From NCBI GenBank assembly GCA_002633005.1, contig NMRA01000046.1:684144-748143 (forward strand): 64,000 nt of DNA, read 5' to 3'. Of this stretch, positions 27,961-40,284 are shown piece after piece; position 1 is the stretch's first letter, and each line of letters begins with the position of its first letter. The notes beneath the pieces were generated by a model. That model saw only the letters and a program-made list of their open reading frames with translations. It had not been told where the DNA came from and made no database searches. A program made the translations under genes and the position numbers. This stretch comes from Phoronis australis. Lineage: Eukaryota > Animalia > Phoronida.

Positions 27961-28075
27961 CACGTGTTGGCCTATTTTGAATACTCGATGCTGACTGGCT
28001 AGCACGAGGGCGTGACGTCACCGATAAATATTATGGTATCGGTTGGTTATCGCACAATAAACACAGCATAAATAG
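27961..28075 (+). promoter_or_regulatory. Candidate CBX core promoter (E-box, CRE, TATA-like)
   Basis: CACGTG 27961-27966, perfect CRE TGACGTCA 28013-28020, CATAAATA 28067-28074, about 150 bp upstream of the ATG. Confidence 0.45.
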
Positions 28076-28226
28076 CGACGGCTATTGACAACAGCGTGTG
28101 TATTGTAAAACCGCAGCATTGCCACATGGTTCAGCTGTGTTGGCCGGCCTAGGATAAGTTACGGTTTCGAAACATATCAGCAAACAATATAAGTGATATT
28201 ATAGATTAACAGCTCCTAGTGAGACC

Positions 28227-28295
28227 ATGGAGTTTTTACCCTTTGACGACAGAGTGTTCACAGCTCAAAGTATCCGAAAACGTCGAGTTCGCAAG
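28227..28295 (+). CDS. CBX: CBX exon 1 (chromodomain N-part)
   Basis: accATGG Kozak context; [23 protein letters not shown]; AAG|gtagg donor, phase 0. Confidence 0.9.
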
Positions 28296-31200
28296 GTAGG
28301 TATTTGTTTTGATACGTTTATTACATAGCCCACCTACTTTGTCATTGCAATTACGGAATATTTTTATCGACCTGACTTGTTAAAAGCAAAACCGTTTTCA
28401 TTGGATGGTATAGTGTTCGAGTATTCACTGACAAGTTCCAGTTCAGGGTTGAAAACCAATGTCACAGGCAGTTTCAAAATGCATACACGTTTTCCGTCTT
28501 CGGCGTGTACCGGTATGTGTTTTCTCTGTGTTCCATTTTCTTCCTTCGAAGTCTGTTAGCAATATTCCAAATTAACCACGGCTTGTTTTCTGATTTGTAT
28601 CAGCGCGTTGTTATAAAATCGCTTTTCAAATGATAATACCCGATAACGAATTATTACGACCGGCAATAGCGTGCTAAGGGATACCTGATTATTTGGAAGT
28701 CTTTCAATTTGGTAACGGTCGCAAAGTACCTAGTATTGTTGTTCTGCGTCGTGGCTGTATTGTTATGTTGCGTCGCGGTATTTACGAAACTGCACAGTAG
28801 TCAACAGGCATTGTTAGGTGTTTAGCGGCTGAACAAACAGCAAGGTCATTAATATGTAAACGGTTGAATGGTGTCGATTGATTGTACCACTTCAAGTACG
28901 TGTTTCAAATATAACATATCTTATCAGAAGGTGCGAAAACTGTCTGGGAGTTCTTTTAACACTGTGCTAAATTTGACAGCTCACTTTGAGTTATTCTTGT
29001 TTCACAACAGTATTTAGTGCTATCTGTCGATTCTAAGTATTTTAGTGCAACGACTAAATTAAAACACGCTTTGACACATCTACAACGAAAAATGAGCCAG
29101 CACATTTAATTTGATTTTTTGTAATCTAATCTGTATTCTTACATGCCATTCAGTTCCTGATCGCAATGAATACATTCGGCGTGTCGCATCTTCATGCCAA
29201 GTTTGGCAGGAAATTAACATTAAACACAAGGATACAATGTCTGCAGGAATTTTTCATCATGCCACATCGTATACGGGGGATTTACAATAGCCTCGTGCAA
29301 ACTTGCCTACTTCTCAACATTACGAAATAAACTTTTCACTAGCGCTGATGATAAATGCTACATTGCTGCGTCATCGAAATTACTCATCAAATGGTCCATG
29401 ATGAAATCGACAACGTGTTTCGTCATAGTTTAATTATCTTGTCTAGAACATTTGCCATAACATCTCCGCCATCATTAAACATCCTTAGAAATCCGGTTTT
29501 ATGTTTAGTTAGTGTGAGTCCAGTCAATTAATGAATAGCACGAACTACACTGCACATTACTGCACGCTTTAATGAACGTAGCATAGGAATTGCTAAGAAC
29601 AGAAAAAACGTCACTTTCGAAAAGAATATGTGTTTGAAAATACTGTGCTTTTTCATGCACTAGTCCAGATTTCCTTGGTAGAGCAGGGTGTAGTTGGATA
29701 AACATTTCTGCTTTGAACTGCTTTGAACTGCTTTGAACATGACAAGAAAACCACTGTGACCGCCCCAGGCGAATAGTAAGTTGTTGACTGTTATTCGTTA
29801 GGTGTTGAGCATTGAAATGTTCGATTTAACATTTTTTATTTGACTGGCTACCGAAAACAAATATTATTAATATGGTTGGTAATCTAAGCAAAATATGTTT
29901 AAGACCTTTCCACAGGAAATTATTTCAACCACCAAACGGATTATTCTGGACACTTGTGAGAAAAAGTGTCAAAAAGTCATCAGCTTTGTCAAGGTTTGCC
30001 GCCCTTTTCAAAATTCGGCTGCTTCATATCAGTGGCAGACGACAGCTCTCTATCCCTTTTGATGGTTAAAATTATTTGTCGCCATATTGCAAGGGAATTT
30101 TTATAAACTATTCCCAATAAAAAGCTTAGCGGTACTGAGCCCTTTTCACAAATTTCATTATGAGGTGGTACGGATGAAGATAATGTCCAACTGAAGTCTG
30201 TCACTTTAGATTAACATTTCGTTCCTTGTGGGCTGGTGTTCTCCACGTCATTTTTCGACATCAAACTAATTGCTGATATCACCCGATTGTACCGGTATCA
30301 CGTGACTATCATTAGTCATTGAGTCATTGATTGTGTTGTGAAATTCACCTGAATCGTTTCAGCATAAACGCAGTTACTATTTAGCACGTACTGAAGAAAT
30401 TATGAAATTCTCTTGTTGACTTTGTATTAAGCAATCCTTTATGTAAATAGTACCGCGTGTTTCCCGTTGTTGCGTAGCATCATCTCAGTTAACCTTGAAT
30501 TTACACGTCACTGCAGTAACGAAGTTCTTGCATAATTGTTGCATCAGTCAGGATTCATACTGGAATTCCTTATGTATTAGTTTTTACAAATTTGAATGCA
30601 TCTTTGAACACAATATGATATTTTAACTAGCGGAACGTATCCTATTTTTGTGGGATCAAATAGAGAAGATTGACTTATAATCCTGCAGCTTGTGATGTCT
30701 GACTATCTGCTCTTGTTGGCTTTTTATCATTTAAAATATTCTCGGTCACATGCTTTCCGAGCCTTCTAAATATATCCACTATGAATGAGCACGATAGAAT
30801 GTTTATCAAGATGCAGTTTGACTTGGTGCTCAATGTGGACTTCATCAGACAACTTTAAATGTTGGAGGAATGCTGGTCCCTTATGATTTGTATAGATTTG
30901 TATCAAAGCGTTCAACACCAATATATTGGCTTTGTTGTTTCTGTTCCAGGGTCAGGTGGAGTATTTAGTAAAGTGGAAAGGTTACGCTGAAAGGTGAGTC
31001 GATAATTACCGGCTTACTCCTCCAAAATGACGTCATTGACGTCATTAAGTTCCCACAAGCGTTACCACGCAAACGGAATTAATGGCAGAATAAAACTGTC
31101 GTTAATGGTTTCTTTTCCTCCTCTGTTTATTGCTAGGATATCATTATGTCTATTTACTCCCTGTTGTCAAATACTGTGTTATTTTAAGCATTCTTTGTTG

Positions 31201-34200
31201 TCGTCAACGTTACGGAAACTGAACAGGATAGATACTAGTGTGTTTTCACGGTGAAGGATGTGATGGAGATCTGGGCCCAGAAACTGAGCCCCTACATCCC
31301 CACCACTGCACCAATTCCTACCCACCAAGTTATCAATGGTAGTCAAGTGTGAGAGCTTGTGTAACAGTTTTCAACTATCAACCGAATGAATTACAATTGA
31401 GATGATAAATCGCGTTTCACAAATACTTGTGAATGGCTAACGCAAGAAGAGCCAAGGTTTTGAACATTTCTTTTGGACATTGGCTACGTGTCTAGACAGT
31501 TTTCTATTTAGCCCAAGCGGATTCCAGATATTACATTACTTCTTCGAAGAGACATAAGAGTTCGCCAAAATTAGATGATCTAAAAACCACTTTACGGTGG
31601 TTACAACTTTTAAAATTTCTTTTCTTCTTTGCTTTATGAAACTTCGGATACTTTTTACATAAATATCATACAGTTCCGATTTTCTACAGCACCTTGAGCA
31701 AAATGAAAGCTTTTTAAAATAGTTTCTAAAACGGTTTTGAAGAAGACTGCTTAAGTCATAGTATTTGAAAGTTTCATTTGAATCCTATTGGCCATTTCTG
31801 AGGTGATGTTCCGAAGGTACGAGTAGTTATTAAATTTTCACATTGGTTGAGAGCTAATCAACCCCAAGCTATTTCACAACTTTATATTCGGACAGTAAGC
31901 GTGAAGGGAGTGCAGATTTAAAAGTATACTAGGCGGTGTTTTGGTGATTTTTAACCCACAATAAATTCCGTCACCTGATACTGGGTAATAAGTACTTCTG
32001 GGAAAGATGAAAGCATTGTCCAGCTATATCTCTGGCCTTACTGTGTCACACAAAGGTCCGGTTGTCCAAACTCGCTTGTCGACTTGGTGTTTTTTGTAAG
32101 TCGTCGAATGTGAATCACTGTTTTGGATTGGCATGCAGAGCATTGTTTTGTTTAAAAGATTTAAGTGTTAAATCGACGTTCTATTCGTTAGTAGTCAAAA
32201 GCCGGGTTTTGTAATCCTTTAAACAGGCAGGTCAAATCACTGTTAATTGATGCATTGGTGATTTTCAGACACAATACCTGGGAACCTGAGGAGAACATTC
32301 TAGACAGGTCGCTACTTCGGGACTTCGACCACAGGTAAGAGGTAAACGTGGTCAAATGACCAGATGTATGAAGGGTGCACCCTTCTGGTCATGGAGAGTG
32401 GTCATAATAAAGGCAATTACTCGTGGTCCTTTCGACGCGAGCATATCTATCCAGAGAAAATCGCGACCCGGCACCTCAACACGGGCACCTGTACTGGGAC
32501 TGGTACTAGACTACCACTGACTTTCAAATGAACAAAAATCACCTCTATTAAGATTTGAGCCTGCTTTATCATCACCCGTTCATTGAGCTGTCAATAATCA
32601 TGATACACAAAATCGCATGTACGCCATGGTTGCTGTGCCGGTTTCTCAAGGCTCCGAAACTAAAGGACGCCTGGGGAACCTCTTAAGTTGAGTTGGATCA
32701 GGATGTCACAGTTTCCCCGCAGACTCCGGAACCGTGGTCTACTCCGGGGCTTCTACTTGCTAGTGCCTAATTTTCACGTGTGCCCAAACAAAGCCTGCCT
32801 GTCAATCAAAAATCAGGGTTAACTCATCTTGGTGATGTACCATAACGAGAATCGTTTGTTAAAGTAATCAAATAATATTGGAAGAGACGTCTCGGAACAC
32901 AAATGTAATTAATGATGCAGAATATTGAAGCAATGTCCACTGTGACATTTTGTAATGTTTAAAAAGAGGTGTATCCATGCGCTTTTCCTAAATTTCCTGG
33001 GGACATTTATTTTCTTAAAAATTTCTGCGTATGCATGCTGTTATAGTTTTACTTTTCTGCGCCGAGTTGAGTTCATTTTTAGCCAGTAGATAACTATTGT
33101 TGAATGACGTCAAAAGCAGCGTCCAATCAACCTACTAAGGAATAGTGGTTGTTGCTATCCAACGGTTATCGTTGTGCAACCGGGAAGACTAGGCATGATC
33201 GGGTGCGGTCAGTAAATGTGAGTAAAGCTAGTAAGTTCGCATGGTTCTCTCAAAGACGTTAACTACGGTCTTTGTTTCGCTTGTGATGCATAACGATATC
33301 TCACGAAAACTTGCGTGGTCTCGTTTTTCTCGTAAGAAACTTGTTCTACGGAACGCATTCTGTTTTTTTCCGATACCACGACTTGCCGTTACCTTCAATT
33401 TTTGCCGAAACAAGCGAGCGAGTGAATTTCGAGTTTACGTAACATGACATAAGAGGGGGATTGCACTGCACTCGACTCGGAGTGTGCACCTGATTGCCAA
33501 TTTCGTGCATGCATAGAATATGAGTATTTTCTAGAAACCTTGTCATTGACAAAGCAAAGACGTGAATGTGCGCAGGCTGAAGTACATATAAACGGTATAT
33601 GCAGACGAAAAGTTTCGTATCAGCAGTTATATCTTTGATTCCTGCTCATCACACGTAGGAAGAAGTCAACCTCGTTCCTTCAGTCGGAAACTTGAGGACC
33701 ACAAAATGCCTGACTCGAGTGAGCATATTATTGTCATTTTTGCTGGTCTGCTTTCTGGGTTACCGCGTCGTGACAAATGTCACGTGCTCAAGAGGAAAAG
33801 TTGGCATGCTCAAACGAAGACCACTGAAAAAGAGATCGGGATGTTTCTGGATGTAAAAGCATCCTGTGAAGATTTTACAGTGGCGGATCTACGGGGGGGG
33901 GNACAAAAACAAAAGCGTCTCCAGCAAAACAAAAACGGCACCGCCAGCGTGTGTAAACCCCAAGTAAACCAACTTGGAAAAAATTGAGAGGGGGGGGGTT
34001 CACTCTGAAAATATAGTTTTTTGCATTGTGAATTGCTGAGTCTTGGTGGCTCATCGGCAAAACGCTCGGGGATTTATTGTGCGCGCGCTTCCGTCGACAC
34101 TACTGAAGTAGCTAAGCAGTTTAGATGGATTCACCACTGAAAAAACAGTTCTATAGCTGATTTTTTTAGGTAACTAGCTTCTTTACTCTAAGATATGTTT

Positions 34201-37200
34201 TGATTTGATTAGGGGAAATACTGCGGTGCCGCAACCCTGATATTCAGGCGAATTGACGTGCAACGTTTTTACCTCATCTGTTATGCCGTGTCATTCTATT
34301 ACAGTCCACACGTTTGTAACTGATGTATAGTAAAAAGTTGTCTTGCGCAATATCATGCAGTGTACATGTACATGTAATATTGTGTACATGTACATGTAAT
34401 ATTTTTGAAAAAAATTCTTTTTCCGAAGAATTGCTATTGTGGCGGGCGCCATGGTCTGGTCGCGAGTCCGTTTGAAGACACACTCTATAACAAGTTATGT
34501 CTATNNNNNNNNNNNNNNNNNNNNNNNNNNNNNNNNNNNNNNNNNNNNNNNNNNNNNNNNNNNNNNNNNNNNNNNNNNNNNNNNNNNNNNNNNNNNNNNN
34601 NNNNNNNNNNNNNNNNNNNNNNNNNNNNNNNNNNNNNNNNNNNNNNNNNNNNNNNNNNNNNNNNNNNNNNNNNNNNNNNNNNNNNNNNNNNNNNNNNNNN
34701 NNNNNNNNNNNNNNNNNNNNNNNNNNNNNNNNNNNNNNNNNNNNNNNNNNNNNNNNNNNNNNNNNNNNNNNNNNNNNNNNNNNNNNNNNNNNNCGCTTTT
34801 GATAATAGACTATGAGTTGAGAGCACCATCGTTCGCCAGTTTTTCTCGTAACGAGACAGAACACATGTTTATTTCCGGACTAACAGTACAGGTCTTCGTT
34901 CTTAAACAACTTGAGGCTGCTGTTACGCGATCATCGGATATTCAAGTTTTTACTCCCCGTCGGTGCTCCTTAATTATGCTCTTGAATATTTGGAAATTGT
35001 CTTAATCCCTGTATACACACCACACTTTTTCGTATACGACTTTTCGTATGCTAAAAAAGGTGTGTGTAAGCAGATGTTCCAACAAAAATTTTTGCTTGTG
35101 GCGTGACTCATACCCAGATGTGCACAATATGGTTTCACGAAACTTATGTGCCAAGTTCATGTGACGAAATCGAGAAGAGTTTTTAATTATCTTAAGAAAA
35201 ACTCCAGAGACATGTTAAGTGCCAGAAACTTACCAGGATGCATGGAAATTTCACTATTTGGCTACAAAAACAAAAAAATATCTTACACGTAAGGGGAAAC
35301 CCCCCTCCCGACCTCCCCCCGCTCGGCGCCACGCGCCTAGGATTCGACCTTGGCGGGAATCCTAAACCCCCCCTTGCTGAAAACGTAGATCCGCCACTGT
35401 TTTATATGCCTTAAGAGTACAGTCCATGATCTGTCGGTTTATATTTTTCCTTTGTCAAAACGTGCTTTTGTCCAGGGACCACACCATCCGTCATAAGTTG
35501 AAATTCGGAAGTGTTTTCCACATTTTGCATTGAATCCTACTGTTCACAGCACACACGGCGCTGAAAGGTGCTGGTCCACTGTTCAGTCGAGAGTAAACAT
35601 GTTTACGCGTAGACCAAGGTCAGGTCTGTTTTGATTAATCCCGTCTTGCAGTCAATAGAATACTAATAGAATACTATTATTTAACCGCAAATCTGTCGAG
35701 CCCCGGGAAATCTCCCGATACTCAAAACAAGGCTTGCCATCGATTAATACGGGTGTTAAGAAAGTAACGTGTGTGAGATTTTTGTGAGTTTTTGTTTAAA
35801 TTCGAGATTTACGGTGCACGTCTGGACGACTGGAGAGATGCACTACTGCTCATTTGTGGCAACTTCAGCAAGTGTTTCTGTTGATCCAACAACTGTTATT
35901 GACTTCACGATTTACCGCGACGCAGATCTTTATCTTCCGACAATCTCCAACTAACATGATCTCCACTTTGAGTAATATGGGGAACATGAAGGAAAGCACT
36001 AAAGATCGCGGCCTTTGTTGTCAAAAGCTGACACGTGTAACGCCAGAACTAAAGAAACTGAACTTGGTGTTATTTGACATTACAAATTAATAGGTGGAGT
36101 ACAGCTACGTCTATCCAATAAATAACAAAATAATTGAGCAATGGAAAATTGAGATTGTCTTAATCCTCCACAGCTACCAAGAAAACTGGAAATAATACCT
36201 ATCGTTGCATAATCATATTCACGTTAAAAACGATAAGTAATTACACTGAACGTTAGTCAGTGTCTTCGTTTCCCGCTTCGTGTGTCTCCAGAAAGGTGTA
36301 TGCAGGTCTTTGAATGGCTTAGCAACCGTATTTTCCTGCATTAGAAACTTCTCGATCAGGGTCTCTGCCATAGCAGGGATTGGTGCCAAGTCCGGTGGGT
36401 ATTTTGTCCTCAGATATCGTCTCTGGAGAGGGGTATGGCTTTGCGATCGATGGTAACGTTTCAGGTTGGTTAAATAGTGTGGAAGCGACTCTTTAGAAGG
36501 GTACTGGTACCCATTTTCCCAGGTGCCTAAGTGTCGTGTTGAAGGGGACTTTGCATTTTGCGGGGGTCAAGTACCCATGCCCATTTTGAGGAAGAGAACC
36601 CCCGCTTAGTGGTCAAATTTTCGGCAGCATGTCGGAGCTGTCGCGGGTAAAACCCGTTGGGAGAATTTTTTTCAAAAGCCAACTCACAAGGAGTGTTCGT
36701 TGCCCTAGGTCACAAATGCCAGTGTGAGAGCTGTCTCGGTGAAAGTCTGTCTTCACTGTATATAGCGTTTGATGTTTTATTTTCAGAAGGAAGCGAAGCA
36801 AGGCCAGGAAACTCGAGAAAGCTCGCCAGATAAAAACATCTCTTAAAAAAAATCAGGTAAACACACGCTTAATATGAATAAGACATAGATTCAATTTGTT
36901 GCCGCCACCAAACGCACTATTCCGTCTCTGGAAATATTCCATTTCTCTTTGAAGTCGAAGTAAACAGCACCACCAAGATATTGATGATTTACGACGGCAG
37001 TGTCTCACTTAAACGGGAATACGATTTGCGCCACCGGTATCTTTGTTAATAGAAATTTCCCTGTTTTTGCATTTCTAGGACTCTTGCCAGACAGCTCCGC
37101 CGCTACAGTCAATTTTTAATTTCCTGCCAAGGCGACAAACAATTAACAGCCTCAGTTCTACCAACTGTCTTGACCACCTGAATCGGACCGGCGTTCCATG

Positions 37201-37639
37201 GAGTAAAAAGGTGCATGCAGCCACTTACGGACACCTAGGCGACTACTCCAGCGAAAGTCGTCCGTACACCAACCCACCGTCTCCAATGTCCGTCGCCTCG
37301 GATAACGGAAGCACAACCAGTGACAACACTGTCAAGTCGTACACCGGCAAACTGGATTGCTCTTCACTGCCATTCCGAAAACGAAACTTCTCGTCAGATA
37401 TATACGATGAAAACGGCAACATAGCCTCAACGATTAAACGCGAACCAGTGTATGACAATATCAGCGATGCAGGTAGCGTGTTTGACGACGCCAAGGACAT
37501 TGATACACCAACTAATATGTCAGATTTCGTTGACACCAGTTCAATAACTGAGACAAAGGTTACATGTAGCGGTGTCACTGTCACTATAAAAGAATGCGCT
37601 ACACACGTTGGGTTTTTTACACACCAACCCTCATGGTGA
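28227..37639 (+). CDS. CBX: Polycomb group chromobox protein (Pc / CBX2-4-6-7-8 family); 5 exons, 269 aa
   Basis: Exons 28227-28295, 30950-30993, 32269-32334, 36787-36856, 37079-37639 join in frame (810 nt). Chromodomain [57 protein letters not shown]; C-terminal Pc/C-box TKVTCSGVTVTIKECATHVGFF; 69/44/66-nt first exons match the Pc-type CBX gene structure. Confidence 0.93.
30950..30993 (+). CDS. CBX: CBX exon 2
   Basis: ttctgttccag acceptor; [14 protein letters not shown]; AG|gtgagt donor. Confidence 0.92.
31028..31044. promoter_or_regulatory. Tandem CRE palindromes in CBX intron 2
   Basis: TGACGTCA-t-TGACGTCA, 35 bp downstream of the exon 2 donor. Confidence 0.4.
32269..32334 (+). CDS. CBX: CBX exon 3
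   Basis: ttttcag acceptor; [21 protein letters not shown]; AG|gtaaga donor. Confidence 0.92.
33878..35399. mobile_element. Non-autonomous DNA transposon, CAGTGGCGGAT-type, 5-bp TSD (tttta), contains the assembly gap
   Basis: tttta|cagtggcggatctacg ... cgtagatccgccactg|tttta; perfect 16-bp TIR. Confidence 0.82.
34505..34793. other. Assembly gap (289 N)
   Basis: Run of n. Confidence 1.
36787..36856 (+). CDS. CBX: CBX exon 4 (basic segment)
   Basis: ttttattttcag acceptor; RKRSKARKLEKARQIKTSLKKNQ; CAG|gtaaac donor; restores frame into exon 5. Confidence 0.8.
37079..37639 (+). CDS. CBX: CBX exon 5 (disordered linker + Pc box)
   Basis: tttctag acceptor; 561 nt open in frame with ORF 37211..37639; ends VTVTIKECATHVGFFTHQPSW*. 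Confidence 0.88.
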   Translation, partial: DSCQTAPPLQSIFNFLPRRQTINSLSSTNCLDHLNRTGVPWSKKVHAATYGHLGDYSSESRPYTNPPSPMSVASDNGSTTSDNTVKSYTGKLDCSSLPFRKRNFSSDIYDENGNIASTIKREPVYDNISDAGSVFDDAKDIDTPTNMSDFVDTSSITETKVTCSGVTVTIKECATHVGFFTHQPSW

Positions 37640-39575
37640 AATGGCGATCAACACAGTTTTTGACATTTGAATATTTTTAAATGACTGCACATATGATGCG
37701 TACTCAAGATACCCGTGTGGTTAATTGTTTAAATCTAATATTTTTGAATAGATTAAACACTCTATATCTCTAAGAAATAGCTCCTAGACAGTTTTCATGT
37801 ATCATGTTGGCTGTTACTTGAATAAAGGACTGCCACTTGGAACCAATGCCTATTGCAGAGGTAACCAAACCTATTGTCTGACGTGAGTAACATTAACATA
37901 CGTATTATCGGTAGTATAAACTACACAGACAGCCGCGTATATGTGCGTTTGAAGTAATCTCTCCTTAAACCAAATTGAATTGAACATGTATAGTCGTTTT
38001 TACGTTTTTCGTGCATACCGCCATTTACCGAAATGACTGCGTCCAAACAAAGCCGGTATAGGAATCCAAGGAAAAGTAACCGAGCTCTTCCGTAAACTTG
38101 TATTGTGCTCGGAGCGCCATCTTTCAGCCATATTGTAAGAGGAAGGAACATTGCTTCATGACGCTTCAGCCGACATGTTGCGCCATCAGATAGCGACACG
38201 CAGGCGCACTTTGCGTAACTGCCTGTTTTAAGTTGCAAGTCTTTTTCCAAATTGGCAGCTTATGAAATGTTAAGGCAATTCCCGAAGAGATGTGCGCAGA
38301 TACATGACCTTGACGGGTACCCAGGAGGGAAGGAATACGCGGCATCCCACAGATCGGGTTTGGACTCCTCTTGAAAATGCTCGGAATAATTCATGTTTAA
38401 GTGAAAATATTGGTGAGAAAATCGTTTTAAAGAAATCTCAGCGCGCAATCGAGCCTACAACTCTCGCGACGCAGCCAAACACTCTGCTGGCTGAGCTAAC
38501 ACCCACCTAGGAACCGGACAGCAATTATTTCTCAAACCCCACTCAGCATATGGAAGAGTATTTTAAAGGTATTTAGTGGTAAAGACACGGGCCTTGGTTT
38601 CATGTCTGGTGGATAACCACTGGAATTGGCGAATTACGATCAAATTATAGTTCGGGTTAAAGCTAACAAGTTCATAACTTCAAAAAGTCTATCCCATTCA
38701 ACAATCAGCCCAATGTTGTGTTTTTGGCGCCAAAACGACACAGTATGCCAAGAAACCCTAAAGCAGTCGCTGTTTTACGACATTGTCTACCTTATAAACA
38801 TCTAAATATGATTTTTTATTTCAAACAACAGGTTATGTAGTTTGAAAGAATGTTGATTTTGCGTTTAATTTGCGCCATTTAGGCGTCTGAAAAAAGTCAC
38901 AATGACTTTGTACTAAACACAAGTGTAGAAATTAGGTGTTACTTAATTCAAACAGCAATTTTGATGTCATTAAAAAGAAACTTCATTTCTCAGATGTTTG
39001 ACATCAACTCATTTCACAACATAACAACATAACATAAGCGCCATCTAGTGAAAGGTAGAGGGACTAACCGTGATTTTGAAATTGGCGCGCTTTTGAAACA
39101 GTCAAATTGTGCATTCTTATGTGAACTAAAACAGCTCAAAAACGAAATCGGTGACCCCCTACTTTTTCTTTTTATTTCGGAAAAATGCGATGAGCGTCAA
39201 AATAAAACAGAAAAGAGAAAAATCAACGGTGTAACATTTTGTGAAGAAGCCAAAACGCTAAAGTTTGAGGTTCTGGCTACGGGTTGTCTTTGTTTTCGCA
39301 ACCAAAACAAAAAATTTGGTAAGCCGACACTTCAAGTTGTGAAAAATATAGCAAAGCTGTTCGGTCATCACTTTAGCCAAAGATCAAACTAAACACACTG
39401 GCGAAAAATCAAAACTGTCAAACTTGAGAAACCTAACTAGGCCTTCGTTTGCAAATGTACTACTACTACGAAGAACAGCTCAGCCAATCAATCGTAAGAA
39501 CATTGACTTAAGAAATAATTTTAATGCTGGGCTTGGAAAGAGCCGACTGATGGTTCGTTATTGGTAGGGAGACCA

Positions 39576-39794
39576 CAGTGGCGGACTTACGGACACTGGG
39601 TACTTACACTTCTGCGTTACTGTTGTTCATTTTATTTGGCAACTGGGCAAGGAACACTGTTGCATTTAGAATCTCCCGAGGGGCAACACCAATGATTGTA
39701 TCTGGCTGGTGGCGCTTTGTGCTCATTTGCTGTCAAAAGAACAGCTATGAGGAATGCGTGAACCCTCGTCGATAAAATCGCAGATCCGCCACTG
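39576..39794. mobile_element. MITE, CAGTGGCGGA-type, 5-bp TSD (gacca)
   Basis: gacca|cagtggcggacttacg ... cgcagatccgccactg|gacca. Confidence 0.82.
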
Positions 39795-39999
39795 GACCAG
39801 GGGTTTGAACTTTCTCAAGCCCAGAAGGTATGTCTAATCTGAGTATGGAACAAGTTGAGATCAATTTTTGGGTGTAAGTGACAAAACTTAAGGCTAAGTG
39901 TCATGACAGGGTTAATAGCACCTTATCAATAAGAGTTAGAACAAAAAAATATATATTATTGTGAAAATTAACCTCTCTTCACTAATGGGAATATGTATA

Positions 40000-40284
40000 C
40001 CGTAAATCCCACAAATAAGCGCATGCACCTGTATAGAAGATTTTCTGCTCAAACGTTTCGCACAGAGGCTCATGCACCTAAGCTCCACGTTTTAATGTTT
40101 TGCTAACAAATCCATTGTGTATGCAAATCAATGTTTTGATCACACAAGGTGTGCCTATATCCGGAGTATCATAATCAAGACACGTTCAAATCAAATATTT
40201 CGCATATAAGCGCTGGTCCCTAAGCTTCGCAATTAGGCCCAGTTCCACCCTTAGGCGCACGCGCTCAATTACGGAGTTTTACGG
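40000..40284. mobile_element. TA-flanked MITE (pogo/Tigger-like)
   Basis: ta|ccgtaaatcccacaaataagcgcatgcacc ... ggcgcacgcgctcaattacggagttttacgg|ta. Confidence 0.72.

Noticed and set aside
34274-35005. Long ORFs in the ORF track
   Set aside because: Artefacts of the 289-N gap
35557-35575. REST/NRSE-like motif (ggcgctg...ggtgctg)
   Set aside because: Half-site spacing and core do not match the consensus
37243-37584. Antisense ORFs overlapping exons (also 2916-3221, 51985-52299, 62394-62801)
   Set aside because: Shadow ORFs of real coding exons with no independent evidence
39574-39580. CACAGTG RSS-heptamer-like terminus suggesting a Transib/RAG transposon
   Set aside because: The leading CA belongs to the TSD (gacca); the other end is cactg|gacca and other copies start CAGTG; no nonamer seen
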